Both the position numbers and the translations under genes were made by a program. Positions 51,413 to 61,717 of a stretch of DNA of 64,000 nucleotides are shown in pieces. Positions within the stretch are counted from its first letter, which is position 1. Every line of letters starts with the position of its first letter. Under the pieces are notes generated by a model, which was not told where the DNA came from, did not search any database, and saw nothing but the letters and a program-made list of their open reading frames with translations. This DNA comes from an uncultured delta proteobacterium. GTDB taxonomy: Bacteria; Desulfobacterota; Binatia; UBA9968. Location: positions 32,001 to 96,000 of the forward strand of contig CAWJZV010000014.1 of NCBI GenBank assembly GCA_963847445.1. Reading direction: 5' to 3'.

Positions 51413-52448
51413 CTATCCGCAAATCTCCTTGGTCCGCGCGTCATGCTTGGCCGTCCATACGCCCATGTCTTTGTAAAACTTCACCGCGCCGGGGTGGTAA
51501 GGAATCGTGAAGTTAGTCAGCGCTTGATGCTCCTTCTGCCACTGCTTGAACAGCGGATGGATCGTTTGCATCTCGATGAGGTTGTCCCACCAAGCTTTGG
51601 TGATCGCCGTCACCGTGCGCTCGTTGACTTTGGTCGAGCCGACGATATGGAGCGCATAGCCGATAACGCTGCTATCGCCGCGAATGCCCGCTGCCGGTAT
51701 CGCCTTGACCGCCGCGCCACCATAGCGTCCGAGAATCTTGTTTGCTGCGTCGATATTTTGGATGGCGAGAAACCGGATCGGCTCCTGAGCATTCGCCTCT
51801 TCGTTGGTGCCGGTGCCGATGCCGGAAAAGGTTGCGTCGACACGGCCGTCGACGAGCGCGCGAATCGCATCGTTAACAGTCGACACCCGATACTGACTCA
51901 CATCCGTCGGTTTCAGCCCGCCGACTTCCATGATCGCTTGCAGCCATGTCTGCGTTACCGCGTGGCCGCCGTAGTCCCAGGCCATGCGTTTGCCCTTGAG
52001 ATCGCTCAACTGCTTGATGTCCGATTTGTCGCGTACCATCACGCTACCGGTAAACGGGAACACCCCACCGGCGACCACGCGCAACATCGGATAGGCCTTT
52101 TTGTAATTACCTGTGCCGGTGGCGGCCATCTGCGAGTCGAGGATATTGAGCACGCCAAATTCCAGCTCGCCGCTTTCCATCAGCGGCATCCAGGCGTTGG
52201 GGCCATTGTAAGGCTGGACTTTCACGGTGATAGCGCGTCGCCTTGCTGGCGGTCGCCGCCAGGCCCGATGCCAGCGCATGAGCGCCCGTGCCGGCGGGAT
52301 TGGTCGCGATCGCCGCGGTGCGCGGCAGGTCATTGCCCGCCACCGCCGGCCCGCAGTCCAGTTTCGCCTCAGCAACGTAAAGAGGAGCAACGGTCAGGAG
52401 GAAAACCGCCGCCATCGCTATGAATTGTCTCCAGCATCTCTTACCCAT
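51413..52448 (-). CDS. TAXI family TRAP solute-binding protein (copy 2, frameshift near 52235)
   Basis: IATNPAGT, PYHPGAVKFYKD. Confidence 0.88.
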
Positions 52449-52485
52449 CACTCCAACACTCCTTTACTCCATCACTCCATATTTG

Positions 52486-53530
52486 CTAGCTACAAATCTC
52501 CTTGGTCCGCGCGTCATGCTTGGCCGTCCACACGCCGGCATCCTTGTAAAACTTCACCGCGCCGGGGTGGTAGGGGATCGTGAAATTAGTGATCGCCTGA
52601 TTCTCCTTGGTCCATTGTTTGAACAGCGGATGGATCGTCTGCAACTCGGCGAGATTATCCCACCACGCTTTGGTCAATGCGCCGACGGCACGGTCGCTGA
52701 GCTTGCTCGATCCGACAATGTGCAACGCATAGCCGAGCACATAGGTATCGCCGCGCACCCCGGCGGACGGCGTCGCCTTGACCACCGAGCCGCCGTAGCG
52801 GCCAAGAATCTTATTCGCCGCGTCGGTGTTGGGAACATTGAGCATGCGAATCGGCTCCATGGCATTGGCCTCTTCATTGGTGCCGGTGCCGAGGGAAGCC
52901 CAGGACGCGTCGACTTTGCCTTCGGGCACGGCGCGAATGCCGTCGTTGACATTGGACACGCGGACTTGCTGGACATCACCCGGTTTGATTCCGCCGGTTT
53001 CCAGAACCGCGTTCAGATAAGTTTGCGATATCGCATGGCCGCCGTAATCCCACGCCATGCGTTTGCCCTTAAGATCGCTGATCTGTTTGATGTCCGATTT
53101 ATCGCGCACCATCGCCGACGCGGTGAAGGGGAAAACGCCGCCGGCGATCACCCGCACCATCGGATAGGCTTTCTTATAGTTGCCGGTGCCGGTGGCGGCC
53201 ATTTGCGAATCGAGAATATTGAGCACGCCCAACTCGAGCTCGCCGCTTTCGAGCAGCGGCATCCAGGCATTGGGGCCGTTGTAAGGCTGCACTTTGAGCG
53301 CGATGCCGGTTGTCTTGCTCGCCACCGACGCGAGCCCGGCGCCGAGCGCGTGAGCGCCCGTGCCCGCCGGATTGGTCGCCAGCGCCGCCGTGCGCGGCAG
53401 GTCGTTGCTGCCGCTACCTGCCGCGCTGCAATCGAGCTTGGCCGCCCAAGCATCCGGTCAGCGAAATCAGCGGCGCTAGCAGCAGTTGCAAGACCAAGAA
53501 AACCCGTAAGCCAATGTTGGCACCTGTCAT
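52486..53530 (-). CDS. TAXI family TRAP solute-binding protein (copy 1, frameshifts in 5' part)
   Basis: GGAGG before ATG 53530, signal peptide, KVQPYNGPNAW, PYHPGAVKFYKD. Confidence 0.87.
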
Positions 53531-53686
53531 CGTCGCACCTCCGTCATGACCATCGTGCAGTTCACGCTCCCGCACCGCCACTCCAGGGCGGATCATGATC
53601 CGCCCCGACACGAATCCCGATATCTTTTTTTGCGCCCTTCGTGCTCTTTGTGGTTAAAAATCCGAATCTGCCACTCTGTAAACTCA

Positions 53687-54751
53687 TTAGTCGGTCAGCC
53701 GGTAAAACGTCCGCGCGTTGTCGGCCAGGATCTTGCGCTTGGCCATATCGGTAATATCCTTGCGTGCTTCGAGCTCGGGTATGTCGTGGAGGTACTGCGC
53801 GCGCTGGCGCTCGTGCGGATAATCCGACGCGAAGAAAATATGATCCTCGCCGAACAGTTCGAGCACGTAAGGCAAAGTGCGTTCTTCCGACTCCAAGGAA
53901 ACGTAGACCTGCCCGCCAGTGATGTAGTCGCTCGGCCGCTTGTTCAACCGCGGCGCCCATTTCTTGCCGCGCCGCTCGAAGTCTTCATCGAGGCGGTCCA
54001 TCATGAACGGCACCCAGCCGGCGCCCGCTTCGAGATAGGCGACGCGCAACTGCGGGAACAGCTCGAACACGCCCTGAAAAATCATGTTGGTCATCTGAAT
54101 CATCAATGGCAGCGGATGCTCCAGCGCGTGAACTTCAGCGAACGAATCGAAAAAGTCGAAACCGAGGTCGCGGCTCGGCGCGCCGTGGATGGCGATCGGC
54201 AGATCGAGCTTGCAAGCCTCTTCGTAGAGCGGGAAAAAACTCTCATGGCCGTAGCCCTTGCGCAGCCGGTTCACCGAGGGAAACATCGCGCCGGGCATGC
54301 CGAGATCGTGCTTCACCCGGCGCATCTCCTGGATCGCCGCCGGCACATCGTGGATCGGAATGATCGCCGCGCCGAGGATGCGCGAATTTTTCTTCGTGTA
54401 AGTCGCGTGCAGCCAAGAGTTGTAAGCGCGGGCGATATCCACCGCCCAGGCCGGGTCTTGGATCAAGCCGAACGCCAGCGCCGCCGTCGGATAAACCACC
54501 GTGGTCTGAATGCCGCACTCATCGAGAAACGAAACCCAGGTATCGCAGTCGGGATAATCGCGCAGCCCCGGCGAACTCATGCCGGAGAGCCGCGACCAAC
54601 CATCGAGGGAAGGAAATGGCGAGAACGTATCGGCCCAGCTTTCGTCCTTGGACGTGCCGCGATAGTTGCCGCCGAGATATTCGAGAATCTCTTTGCTGCG
54701 CTCGGTGATATGACCGTCGCCGTCGATCACCGGAAAACGATTTTGCCGCAT
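53687..54751 (-). CDS. amidohydrolase_2 family protein
   Basis: IDGDGH, LEAGAGW, FASDYPH, ILADNA. Confidence 0.9.
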   Translation of the reverse strand: MRQNRFPVIDGDGHITERSKEILEYLGGNYRGTSKDESWADTFSPFPSLDGWSRLSGMSSPGLRDYPDCDTWVSFLDECGIQTTVVYPTAALAFGLIQDPAWAVDIARAYNSWLHATYTKKNSRILGAAIIPIHDVPAAIQEMRRVKHDLGMPGAMFPSVNRLRKGYGHESFFPLYEEACKLDLPIAIHGAPSRDLGFDFFDSFAEVHALEHPLPLMIQMTNMIFQGVFELFPQLRVAYLEAGAGWVPFMMDRLDEDFERRGKKWAPRLNKRPSDYITGGQVYVSLESEERTLPYVLELFGEDHIFFASDYPHERQRAQYLHDIPELEARKDITDMAKRKILADNARTFYRLTD

Positions 54752-54836
54752 GACCCGCCCTCTCGATCCAGGATTGGTGGCCGCTATCTATCTATCGAGT
54801 CCGGGCTTGTTGTCAAGCTGTTCTTCGGATCAATTT

Positions 54837-54922
54837 GTTCAAACAGTTCAAATCGTTCAAGCCGTTCAAATCGTTGGCGCGCGCTGGCGCGCGGTTCAAT
54901 GTTCAAGGGTTCAAACGTTCAA
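54837..54922 (-). repeat. TTGAAC periodic repeats
   Basis: gttcaaaca gttcaaatc gttcaagcc gttcaa; gttcaat gttcaagg gttcaaac gttcaac. Confidence 0.75.
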
Positions 54923-55047
54923 CGTCGGATCGCCGATCAGCAGGATGATAGAAATCTTTCTCGAACTTTGCGCCTCGGCGTCTTTGCGGGAGATCTTCCG
55001 AATCTATTTTGTGACCTTTGCGTTCTATGCGGCTACTCCTCCGAGCC

Positions 55048-56109
55048 TTAGATTTGATAAAACCGCTTGGCGTTCTCCCTCAGCACGGCGCGTTTGTCGG
55101 CGTCCGAGATCGGCGCTTCGGCGACCTCTTCGATCTCGTGCAGGATATCGTCGGGGCCGATCTCATGGGGGAAATCGCTGGCGAACAGGAAATGCTGATT
55201 GCCGGCGCGCTGGATTTGATAGGCCAAGCCTTCTTCGTTGCCTTCGCAGCCGATATAAACTTGCCCCTTCTTGATGTAGTCGCTCGGCACATCTTCCACC
55301 GACGGGCCTTTATATTTGCCGCGCAGATTGAGTTCGAGGTGATAGGAGTGCGAGCGGTCCAAGCGGTCCATCCAGAATGTCACCCAACCGGCGCCGCCTT
55401 CGAGAAAGCCCATGCGCAGGCGGGGAAACTGGTTGAACACGCCGTGATAAACCATGCCGGTGAAGGCGATGATCAACGACAACGGATGGCCGAGCGCGTG
55501 AATCGGCACGAAGGTCTCGAAAGTATCCAAACCCATGCTGTGATGCGCCCCGCCGTGCACGCCCAACGCGCACCCCAGGCGCTCCGCCTCGGCGTAAACC
55601 GGCCAGTAGGTTTTGTGACCCAAGTCGAAGGGCAAGCCGCGCGACGGCAGCATGGCGCCGACGAAGCCCAATTCGGTAATCGCCCGGCGCAGCTCGACCA
55701 CGGCTTCGTCAACGTCCTGCAGCGGCAAGAGCGCCATGCCTTTCAAGCGCGGGCTTTGCTTCAAGTAGCGATCATGCAGCCAATCGTTGTACGCGCGCGC
55801 GACCAAGCAGGCCCAATCGGGATGGCTGATGTTGCCGATGCGCAGCCCTTTGGTCGGATAGAGCACGGCAAATTCGAGATCCGCCATCTCGACAAACTCC
55901 AGCCACTCCTTGGGCCCGACCCGCTTGCCGCCGCCGAAGGATTTCTTATTGCGCGTCGAATGGCCGCCGATGTGATGAAAGTCGAGGGACGGGAACAACC
56001 GGTCCCAACTCAACTGATGATCCTGCGCCCGATAGGAAGCGTCGAGATAGTCGAACAAACTGTCGTCCTCGATCACATGGCCGTCGGCATCGATGATCTT
56101 GTAGTCCAT
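55048..56109 (-). CDS. amidohydrolase_2 family protein
   Basis: IDADGH, LEGGAGW, FASDFPH, LRENA. Confidence 0.9.
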   Translation of the reverse strand: MDYKIIDADGHVIEDDSLFDYLDASYRAQDHQLSWDRLFPSLDFHHIGGHSTRNKKSFGGGKRVGPKEWLEFVEMADLEFAVLYPTKGLRIGNISHPDWACLVARAYNDWLHDRYLKQSPRLKGMALLPLQDVDEAVVELRRAITELGFVGAMLPSRGLPFDLGHKTYWPVYAEAERLGCALGVHGGAHHSMGLDTFETFVPIHALGHPLSLIIAFTGMVYHGVFNQFPRLRMGFLEGGAGWVTFWMDRLDRSHSYHLELNLRGKYKGPSVEDVPSDYIKKGQVYIGCEGNEEGLAYQIQRAGNQHFLFASDFPHEIGPDDILHEIEEVAEAPISDADKRAVLRENAKRFYQI

Positions 56110-56245
56110 GGGGGTCTCCCAAAATAAGTTGGAGTAATGGAGTGTTGAAGTAATGGGACAGTCAGCGAGATTCGCGCATCGCGCGTTTATCCGAGAACCT
56201 TGAACCTTTGAACCCTTGAACCTTGAACGGCGCGCGCAGCGCGCG

Positions 56246-57232
56246 CTATTTCCCCTCTTTCAATTCACGGAGCGCCTCGTTCAAATAGCTCTCGTCGACA
56301 TATTTCGCCGGAGCCGGCAGCTGGCCTTTGCTCTGGTTCTGCTCCGCCATCATCTGAATCACCGCGCGCATGCCCTCGGCATTGACCCGTCCGTCGGCGT
56401 CCCAGGCTTTGTTGCCGGCGTAGTATTGCCAGGCACGGCGACCGTGCTCCGGCTTGAAGGCGAACTCTTTGGTCATGTAATCGGTCGCCGCTGTCTCGTT
56501 TTCCATCAACCAGCGGATCGCCCGCAGGTAACCCTTGAGGAAGCGCACCATCAAGCGGCGATTCTTCTCCGCCCAAGCGCGGCTGCCGGCGATCACGGTC
56601 AGCTGATAGTTCGGAAATACCTCCATGAAACTGCCGATGGCATGATAGCCCAACTCCTCGGCGGCAAAATTGTACGGCAGCGCAAGCGGCGCCGCGGCGA
56701 TTTGATTCGATGTGAGGGCGGTAAACAGCTGCGGCGTGCCGCCGATAATTAACAATTTATAATCGCGCGGATATTCCAATCCCTTGGCTTTAAGCACATG
56801 GCGTAGAATCAAGCCGGTGCCCGCCGTCAGGCTGATCGTGCCCAGCGTCGCGCCGCGCAGATCGTCAAAGGTTCGGTAATTCTTACCGCCGAGTATCCAG
56901 TGCGCCAACCGCTGCGTGTTCCCCGCCGCGATGAATGCATCCAGTCCACGGTCCGCCGCCACCAGCGGCGCATCGGGCGCCAGCACCGAAGCGTAGACCG
57001 AGCCGCCGACCAAGGCTTGAATCACCCGGTCCGAACCGCGAATCACCACCGGTTGAACATCGAGCCCCTGCTGGGCAAAAAACCCCTGCTTCACCCCCGC
57101 CCACAGCGGCGTGTAACCCGCCGTCTTGGTCGATGCACCGACCGGAAAGGAGATTCGCTCCTGGCCATGCAACGATGCAACAAACAGATGCGCTGCAATC
57201 AGCGTCGTACTTGCATATCCACTCCACCTCAT
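56246..57232 (-). CDS. ABC transporter substrate-binding protein (NMT1/THI5/SsuA-like)
   Basis: Signal peptide, GFFAQQGLDV, FDDLRG, YVDESYL. Confidence 0.87.
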   Translation of the reverse strand: MRWSGYASTTLIAAHLFVASLHGQERISFPVGASTKTAGYTPLWAGVKQGFFAQQGLDVQPVVIRGSDRVIQALVGGSVYASVLAPDAPLVAADRGLDAFIAAGNTQRLAHWILGGKNYRTFDDLRGATLGTISLTAGTGLILRHVLKAKGLEYPRDYKLLIIGGTPQLFTALTSNQIAAAPLALPYNFAAEELGYHAIGSFMEVFPNYQLTVIAGSRAWAEKNRRLMVRFLKGYLRAIRWLMENETAATDYMTKEFAFKPEHGRRAWQYYAGNKAWDADGRVNAEGMRAVIQMMAEQNQSKGQLPAPAKYVDESYLNEALRELKEGK

Positions 57233-57254
57233 CGCGTTACCTCATCAGGCATTC

Positions 57255-57305
57255 CGAACGTCTTGAACGGTTTGAACGGAGCGCAGCGATTGAACGGCTT
57301 GAACC
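57255..57305 (+). repeat. TTGAACNNN periodic repeat with GCGCAGC insert
   Basis: ttgaacggt ttgaacg gagcgcagcga ttgaacggc ttgaac. Confidence 0.75.
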
Positions 57306-57318
57306 CATTCTAGTCCGA

Positions 57319-58377
57319 TTAGTTCCAAACCGTGATGCCCATCAAATTTTTCCCGGCCTCGAGATCGTGAAACGCGTCGTTGATCTGGTCGTAGCCGTAG
57401 CGCTTCGATACCAAGCCCGACACCTCGACACGTTTGTCGCGCACCATGTTGAGCACTTCGACGACATCGGTGGGCCGGCGCAGCGCCACGCCGGCGATCT
57501 TGATCTCCTGCATGGTGAAGCTGCCGTCGCTGATGGTGAACGGCACTTTGCCCAGGCCGCCGATGATCGTCGCCGTGCCGCCGGGACGGGTCGCTTGAAT
57601 GATTTGATCCGAGGTTTTGACGTTGCCCAACGCCTCGAAGGATTTGTTGACGCCGCCGTCGGTCAAGTCGCGCACCGCTTTGACCGGATCTTCCTTGGCG
57701 CCGTTGATCACGTGGGTGGCGCCGAACTTTTTCGCCGCTTCGAGCTTATGGTCGTAGAGATCGACGGCGATGATCGGATAGGCGCCGAAGGTGCGCAGGA
57801 ACTGAATCGTGTTGAGGCCGACGCCGCCGCAGCCGATCACCAGCGCCGAATCGCCGGGCTTGATCTCGGCGGAGTTTTTCACCGCATTGTACGCCGTCGT
57901 CATGCGGCAGCCGACCACGCTCGCTTCTTCCAGCGACAAGCCTTCCGGCAGTTTGAAGACCATGTAGCCGGGCAGCGCGAGATACTGCGAGAAGCCGCCG
58001 ACGTTCCAGCGAAAAATCTCCTGGCCGTCGGTGCGTTTCAACGACGCCGGCGCCGGCCGGGCGCGGCATAGGTTTTCCCGTCCCGCCATGCAGTATTGGC
58101 AATGGCCGCAGCGGTAGCGCGTGCCGACGATGACCGCGTCGCCGGCCGTGAACGCGCCGCGCTGGCTGGCGCCGACTTCGGCGATGGTGCCGGAAACTTC
58201 ATGGCCGATGATGGTCGGCACCTTGCTGGGAATCCGTCCCTCGATGACTTTGAAATCGGTGTGGCAAACGCCGCAAGCTTTGACCTGGATCAAGACTTCA
58301 TCCGGCCCGATCCCCGGAATCTCGAAGTCTTCGATCGTCATCGGTTTATTCAGTTCATGTAAAACCGCAGCTTTCAT
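57319..58377 (-). CDS. Zn-dependent alcohol dehydrogenase (MDR family)
   Basis: CGVCHTD, GHEVSG, CGHCQYC..C, GCGGVG. Confidence 0.93.
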   Translation of the reverse strand: MKAAVLHELNKPMTIEDFEIPGIGPDEVLIQVKACGVCHTDFKVIEGRIPSKVPTIIGHEVSGTIAEVGASQRGAFTAGDAVIVGTRYRCGHCQYCMAGRENLCRARPAPASLKRTDGQEIFRWNVGGFSQYLALPGYMVFKLPEGLSLEEASVVGCRMTTAYNAVKNSAEIKPGDSALVIGCGGVGLNTIQFLRTFGAYPIIAVDLYDHKLEAAKKFGATHVINGAKEDPVKAVRDLTDGGVNKSFEALGNVKTSDQIIQATRPGGTATIIGGLGKVPFTISDGSFTMQEIKIAGVALRRPTDVVEVLNMVRDKRVEVSGLVSKRYGYDQINDAFHDLEAGKNLMGITVWN

Positions 58378-58418
58378 GGCAATCCCCCTCGTGCAAGATG
58401 GGCGATCCTACTACAAGC

Positions 58419-58507
58419 AAATGGAGAATTGAAAATGGATAATGGATAACGAAAAACCTAAGAGTCATGCGAATCTCCGACGATTATCAATTCTCCATTA
58501 TCCAATT
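58419..58507. repeat. 7-nt periodic inverted-arm element
   Basis: aatggag aattgaa aatggat aatggat aa ... ttatcaatt ctccatt atccaatt. Confidence 0.65.
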
Positions 58508-59737
58508 GCTGCGCAATCTGCCTTCTTTCCGGCCGCTTCGCGAAGAACATGCACACCGTCGACAAGAGCGCCGAACAGGCGAATATGCCGAACGCGATCG
58601 CGTAGCTCTTAGTCCGTGTCGTGAACGTAGCCGGCGATGAGCGGTCCCATGAAGGTGCCGATGGTGGTGATCGTCCGGCTGACGCCTTGGATGGTCGCAA
58701 ACGCTTTGGTGCCGAAGTAGTCCGCGCGGATCGGCTCCTGGCTCGCCGCCAGACCGCCGTAAGCCAGGGAATAAATAATCATGCAGGTGGTGAACAACAC
58801 GGCTTGACCGGACACGCCCATGAACGCCACCGAACCTGCCAGCGCCAGCAAGCAACAACATGATGAGCTTGCGCTTGTCGACCAGATCGCCGAGCCAGCC
58901 GGCCGCCAAGCGCGACGGCACGCCGATAAACGCCGAGACACCGAGCAGCGTGCTGCCCGCCTCCGTGCTCCAGCCGCGGTCGACGAGCAGAATCACGAAA
59001 TGCACCGACACGCCTTCGGTCACCATGTGTCGCAACGCCATGGCGACCGAGAGAAACCAGAACGCCGGCAGACGCAGCACTTCTTTGAGAGTGAATTGCG
59101 GGTCCGCAGAACCATGCGACTCGTCGCGCCGCCATGCTGCGAAGCCAGAGAGATCTCTTGCTCCGCTCTTTTCGCGCTGCGCGATGCGATTGATGGCGTA
59201 AGCGATGGGCACACCGACGAGCGCCAACATCGCCGCGGACATGATCGCCGCCATTCGCCAGCCCCAGGTGACGATAATCCAGCCGATGATTGGCACCATG
59301 ACACCGGAGAGACCGGGGCCCGAGCGAAATATACCGAAAGCCAAGCTGCGCCGCTCGCGAAACAACTGGGCGATCAAGAGACTGATCGGCATGTGGTAGC
59401 CGAGGCTCGATCCCAAGACGATGCCGAGGACGATCGCCACATAGAGCATCGGTAAGCTGTAGACGAAGCTAAGCGCAACGAATCCGGCGGCGCACAGGCA
59501 GATGCCGAAATACATCATGCGCCGCGGCCCGAACCGATCGACGAAATAGCCTTCGATGGGACCGAACAGTCCCGATTCGACGCGCGCCAGCGAAAACGCC
59601 CCCGAGATCGCCGTCCGGCTCCAGCCAAATTCTTTTTCAAATGACGGGAAAAACGCGCTCAGGCCGAAGTAAGCGAAACCAGTATTGGTTGCATGGGTGA
59701 GACAACCGAGAATGACGATCCACCATTTGCGGTCCAT
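58458..59737 (-). CDS. MFS transporter (OFA/MCT-like), frameshifted
   Basis: FGWSRTAIS, VDRFGPR, GWLGD, ADYFGTKAFATIQG. Confidence 0.87.
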
Positions 59738-59848
59738 CCCACCAGATGTCGGAAGAAACCAGCAACTGTCAAGAGACTGCTAGCGCGAAATCGCAAAGGC
59801 ACATACTTAATGTGGCAAGTGCTGCAGTCCTTCTGGTATATTGGCAAA

Positions 59849-60046
59849 GTGAAAGTGCGGGATGTGATCCGATGGATCGAATCGGACGGTTGGCGCTGCG
59901 TTGTCACTGAAGGAAGTCACCGGCAATTCAAGCATGCGACAAAACCCGGTCGCGTCACCGTCAGCGGCCATCCCGGCGACGACATGCCGAGAGGAACTCT
60001 TGCATCAGTCATCCGGCAAGCCGGCCTCAAAGGAGCGAAACGATGA
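59849..60046 (+). CDS. hicA: type II toxin HicA family
   Basis: KVRDVI..IESDGW, GSHRQFKH, VTV..H..D...GTL..I..QAG. Confidence 0.92.
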   Translation: MKVRDVIRWIESDGWRCVVTEGSHRQFKHATKPGRVTVSGHPGDDMPRGTLASVIRQAGLKGAKR

Positions 60047-60306
60047 AGAAGCTACAGTACTTGGTTCGTATCAACAAAGAGCTTCAAAGCGATTGGGGCG
60101 CGTCAGTGCCTGATCTTCCTGGCTGCGTTGCCACCGGCAAAACCATCGACGCAGCCCTACGGCGAATCCAAAGTGCTATCGCTTTGCATCTTAAAGGCAT
60201 GCGCGAAGATGGCGTCAAAGCGCCACCGCCACGCCACCGCTCAGTTACCCCCCGGCGCACGGATAGATTAGTGGATTTCTACGCCACCATTGAGGTTGCG
60301 GCCTAG
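60043..60306 (+). CDS. hicB: type II antitoxin HicB family
   Basis: WGASVPDLPGCVATGKT; ATGA overlap with hicA. Confidence 0.9.
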   Translation: MKKLQYLVRINKELQSDWGASVPDLPGCVATGKTIDAALRRIQSAIALHLKGMREDGVKAPPPRHRSVTPRRTDRLVDFYATIEVAA

Positions 60307-60314
60307 AGCACCGC

Positions 60315-61585
60315 ATGGAGCAACCCAACGTCAATTCGCTCTCCGCTGTCAAAGAAACCTCGACAAAAGAAGCGCGCGCGATCCATGATCGCGTCCTCGT
60401 CCTCGACTCCCATATAGACTTCGAGCCCGAAGACTTGACCGGCGAGCGCAATTACACCGCAGCGCGCTCGAAACCCAATTCAATCTGCCCAACATGATCG
60501 ACGGCGGCCTCGACGCGCTGTTCTTCGTCATTTACGTCGGCCAGACCAGGGAAGAGTCAGAATCCGGACGCGCTCAAGGCGGCTGGATACGAGCGCGCTT
60601 ACCAAGCCGCAGTCGAAAAGTTCGACGCCGTGCACCGATTCACGAGTGAGATCGCGCCGGAGCGAATCGAAATAGCCTTGAGCGCGGCGGACATTCGCCG
60701 CATCCACGCCGATGGCAAAAAAGCCGCGCTCATGGGCGTCGAGAACGGCTATCCGCTCGGCGATGATTTGACCCGCGTGAAAGAATTCTACGAGCGCGGC
60801 GCGCGCTACCTCTCGCTCAGCCACAACGGCCACAACCAGCTCGGCGACTCCCACACCGGCGAGCGCGAGGGCTGGAAATGGCAAGGCGTTTCGCCCCTCG
60901 GCGACACAAGTCATCGCCGAGATGAACCGTTTGGGCATCATGGTCGACATCTCGCACGCGTCGAAGCAGTCGATGATGCAAAGCGCCGCGCTGTCCAAAG
61001 CGCCGATCATCGCCTCCCACTCCGGCGCGCGCGCGCTGTGCAACGTCAGCCGCAACCTCGACGACGAACAGCTGCTCGCGTTAAAAAACACCGGCGGCGT
61101 CATCCAAATGGTCGCCTACGACGGTTTCGTAAAAACCACCGCGGCGGATTCCTCCGAGCGCGCCGCCGCCCTCGCCGAGGCCAGGAAACCATTCAATCTC
61201 CCCGATCCGAGTAAGTTGAGCCAACGCGCCCGGGCCCAGGCCGCGCTAAAAGCACTGCCGCCGACCAGCGCGCAAAATACGACAACAGAAACTCGCCGAG
61301 ATCGACGAAAAACTTCCCGGCGACCCGCCGGCGACAGTCAAAGACTTCGTCGACCACATCGACTACGCCGTCAAGCTGATCGGCATCGACCATGTCGGCA
61401 TCTCGTCGGACTTCGACGGCGGCGGCGGCGTCATCGGTTGGAACGACGCCGGCGAAACCTTGAATGTCACCATCGAACTGGTCCGCCGCGGCTACACCGA
61501 AGCGCAGATCGAAAAACTCTGGAGCGGCAATCTGCTGCGGGTGATGGACGACGTGCAGCGCATCGCGCGCGACCTGCAAAAGTAA
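60315..61585 (+). CDS. membrane dipeptidase (M19 family), several frameshifts
   Basis: LDSHID, MGVENG, MNRLGIMVDISH, IASHS, SRNLDD, HVGISSDFDGGG. Confidence 0.88.
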
Positions 61586-61717
61586 ATCAGTTCATCATGT
61601 AGGGTGCGCTTACGCACAACAGAATTGTCAGCTCCAGCGGAGTTGACAAGATGCAGGGCAGGCGAGACAATCCCCGCAACACACGCGAGTTCAGCAAAAT
61701 AGCAAGAGGTAAATCCC

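Noticed and set aside
4251-57305. Periodic repeats as CRISPR arrays
   Set aside because: Units are 7-9 nt with no 25-45 nt unique spacers, and there are no cas genes
52420-58071. Long plus-strand ORFs (e.g. 53546-55051, 55018-56127, 56935-58071)
   Set aside because: Antisense shadows of well-supported minus-strand genes, expected in GC-rich DNA
857-61585. About 20 frameshifted genes as mass pseudogenisation or programmed frameshifting
   Set aside because: The breaks are isolated single-base indels with almost no nonsense codons or slippery motifs, and paralogues or duplicates show the missing base (e.g. 9870 vs 11578). Long-read consensus error is the simplest explanation; read polishing would settle it
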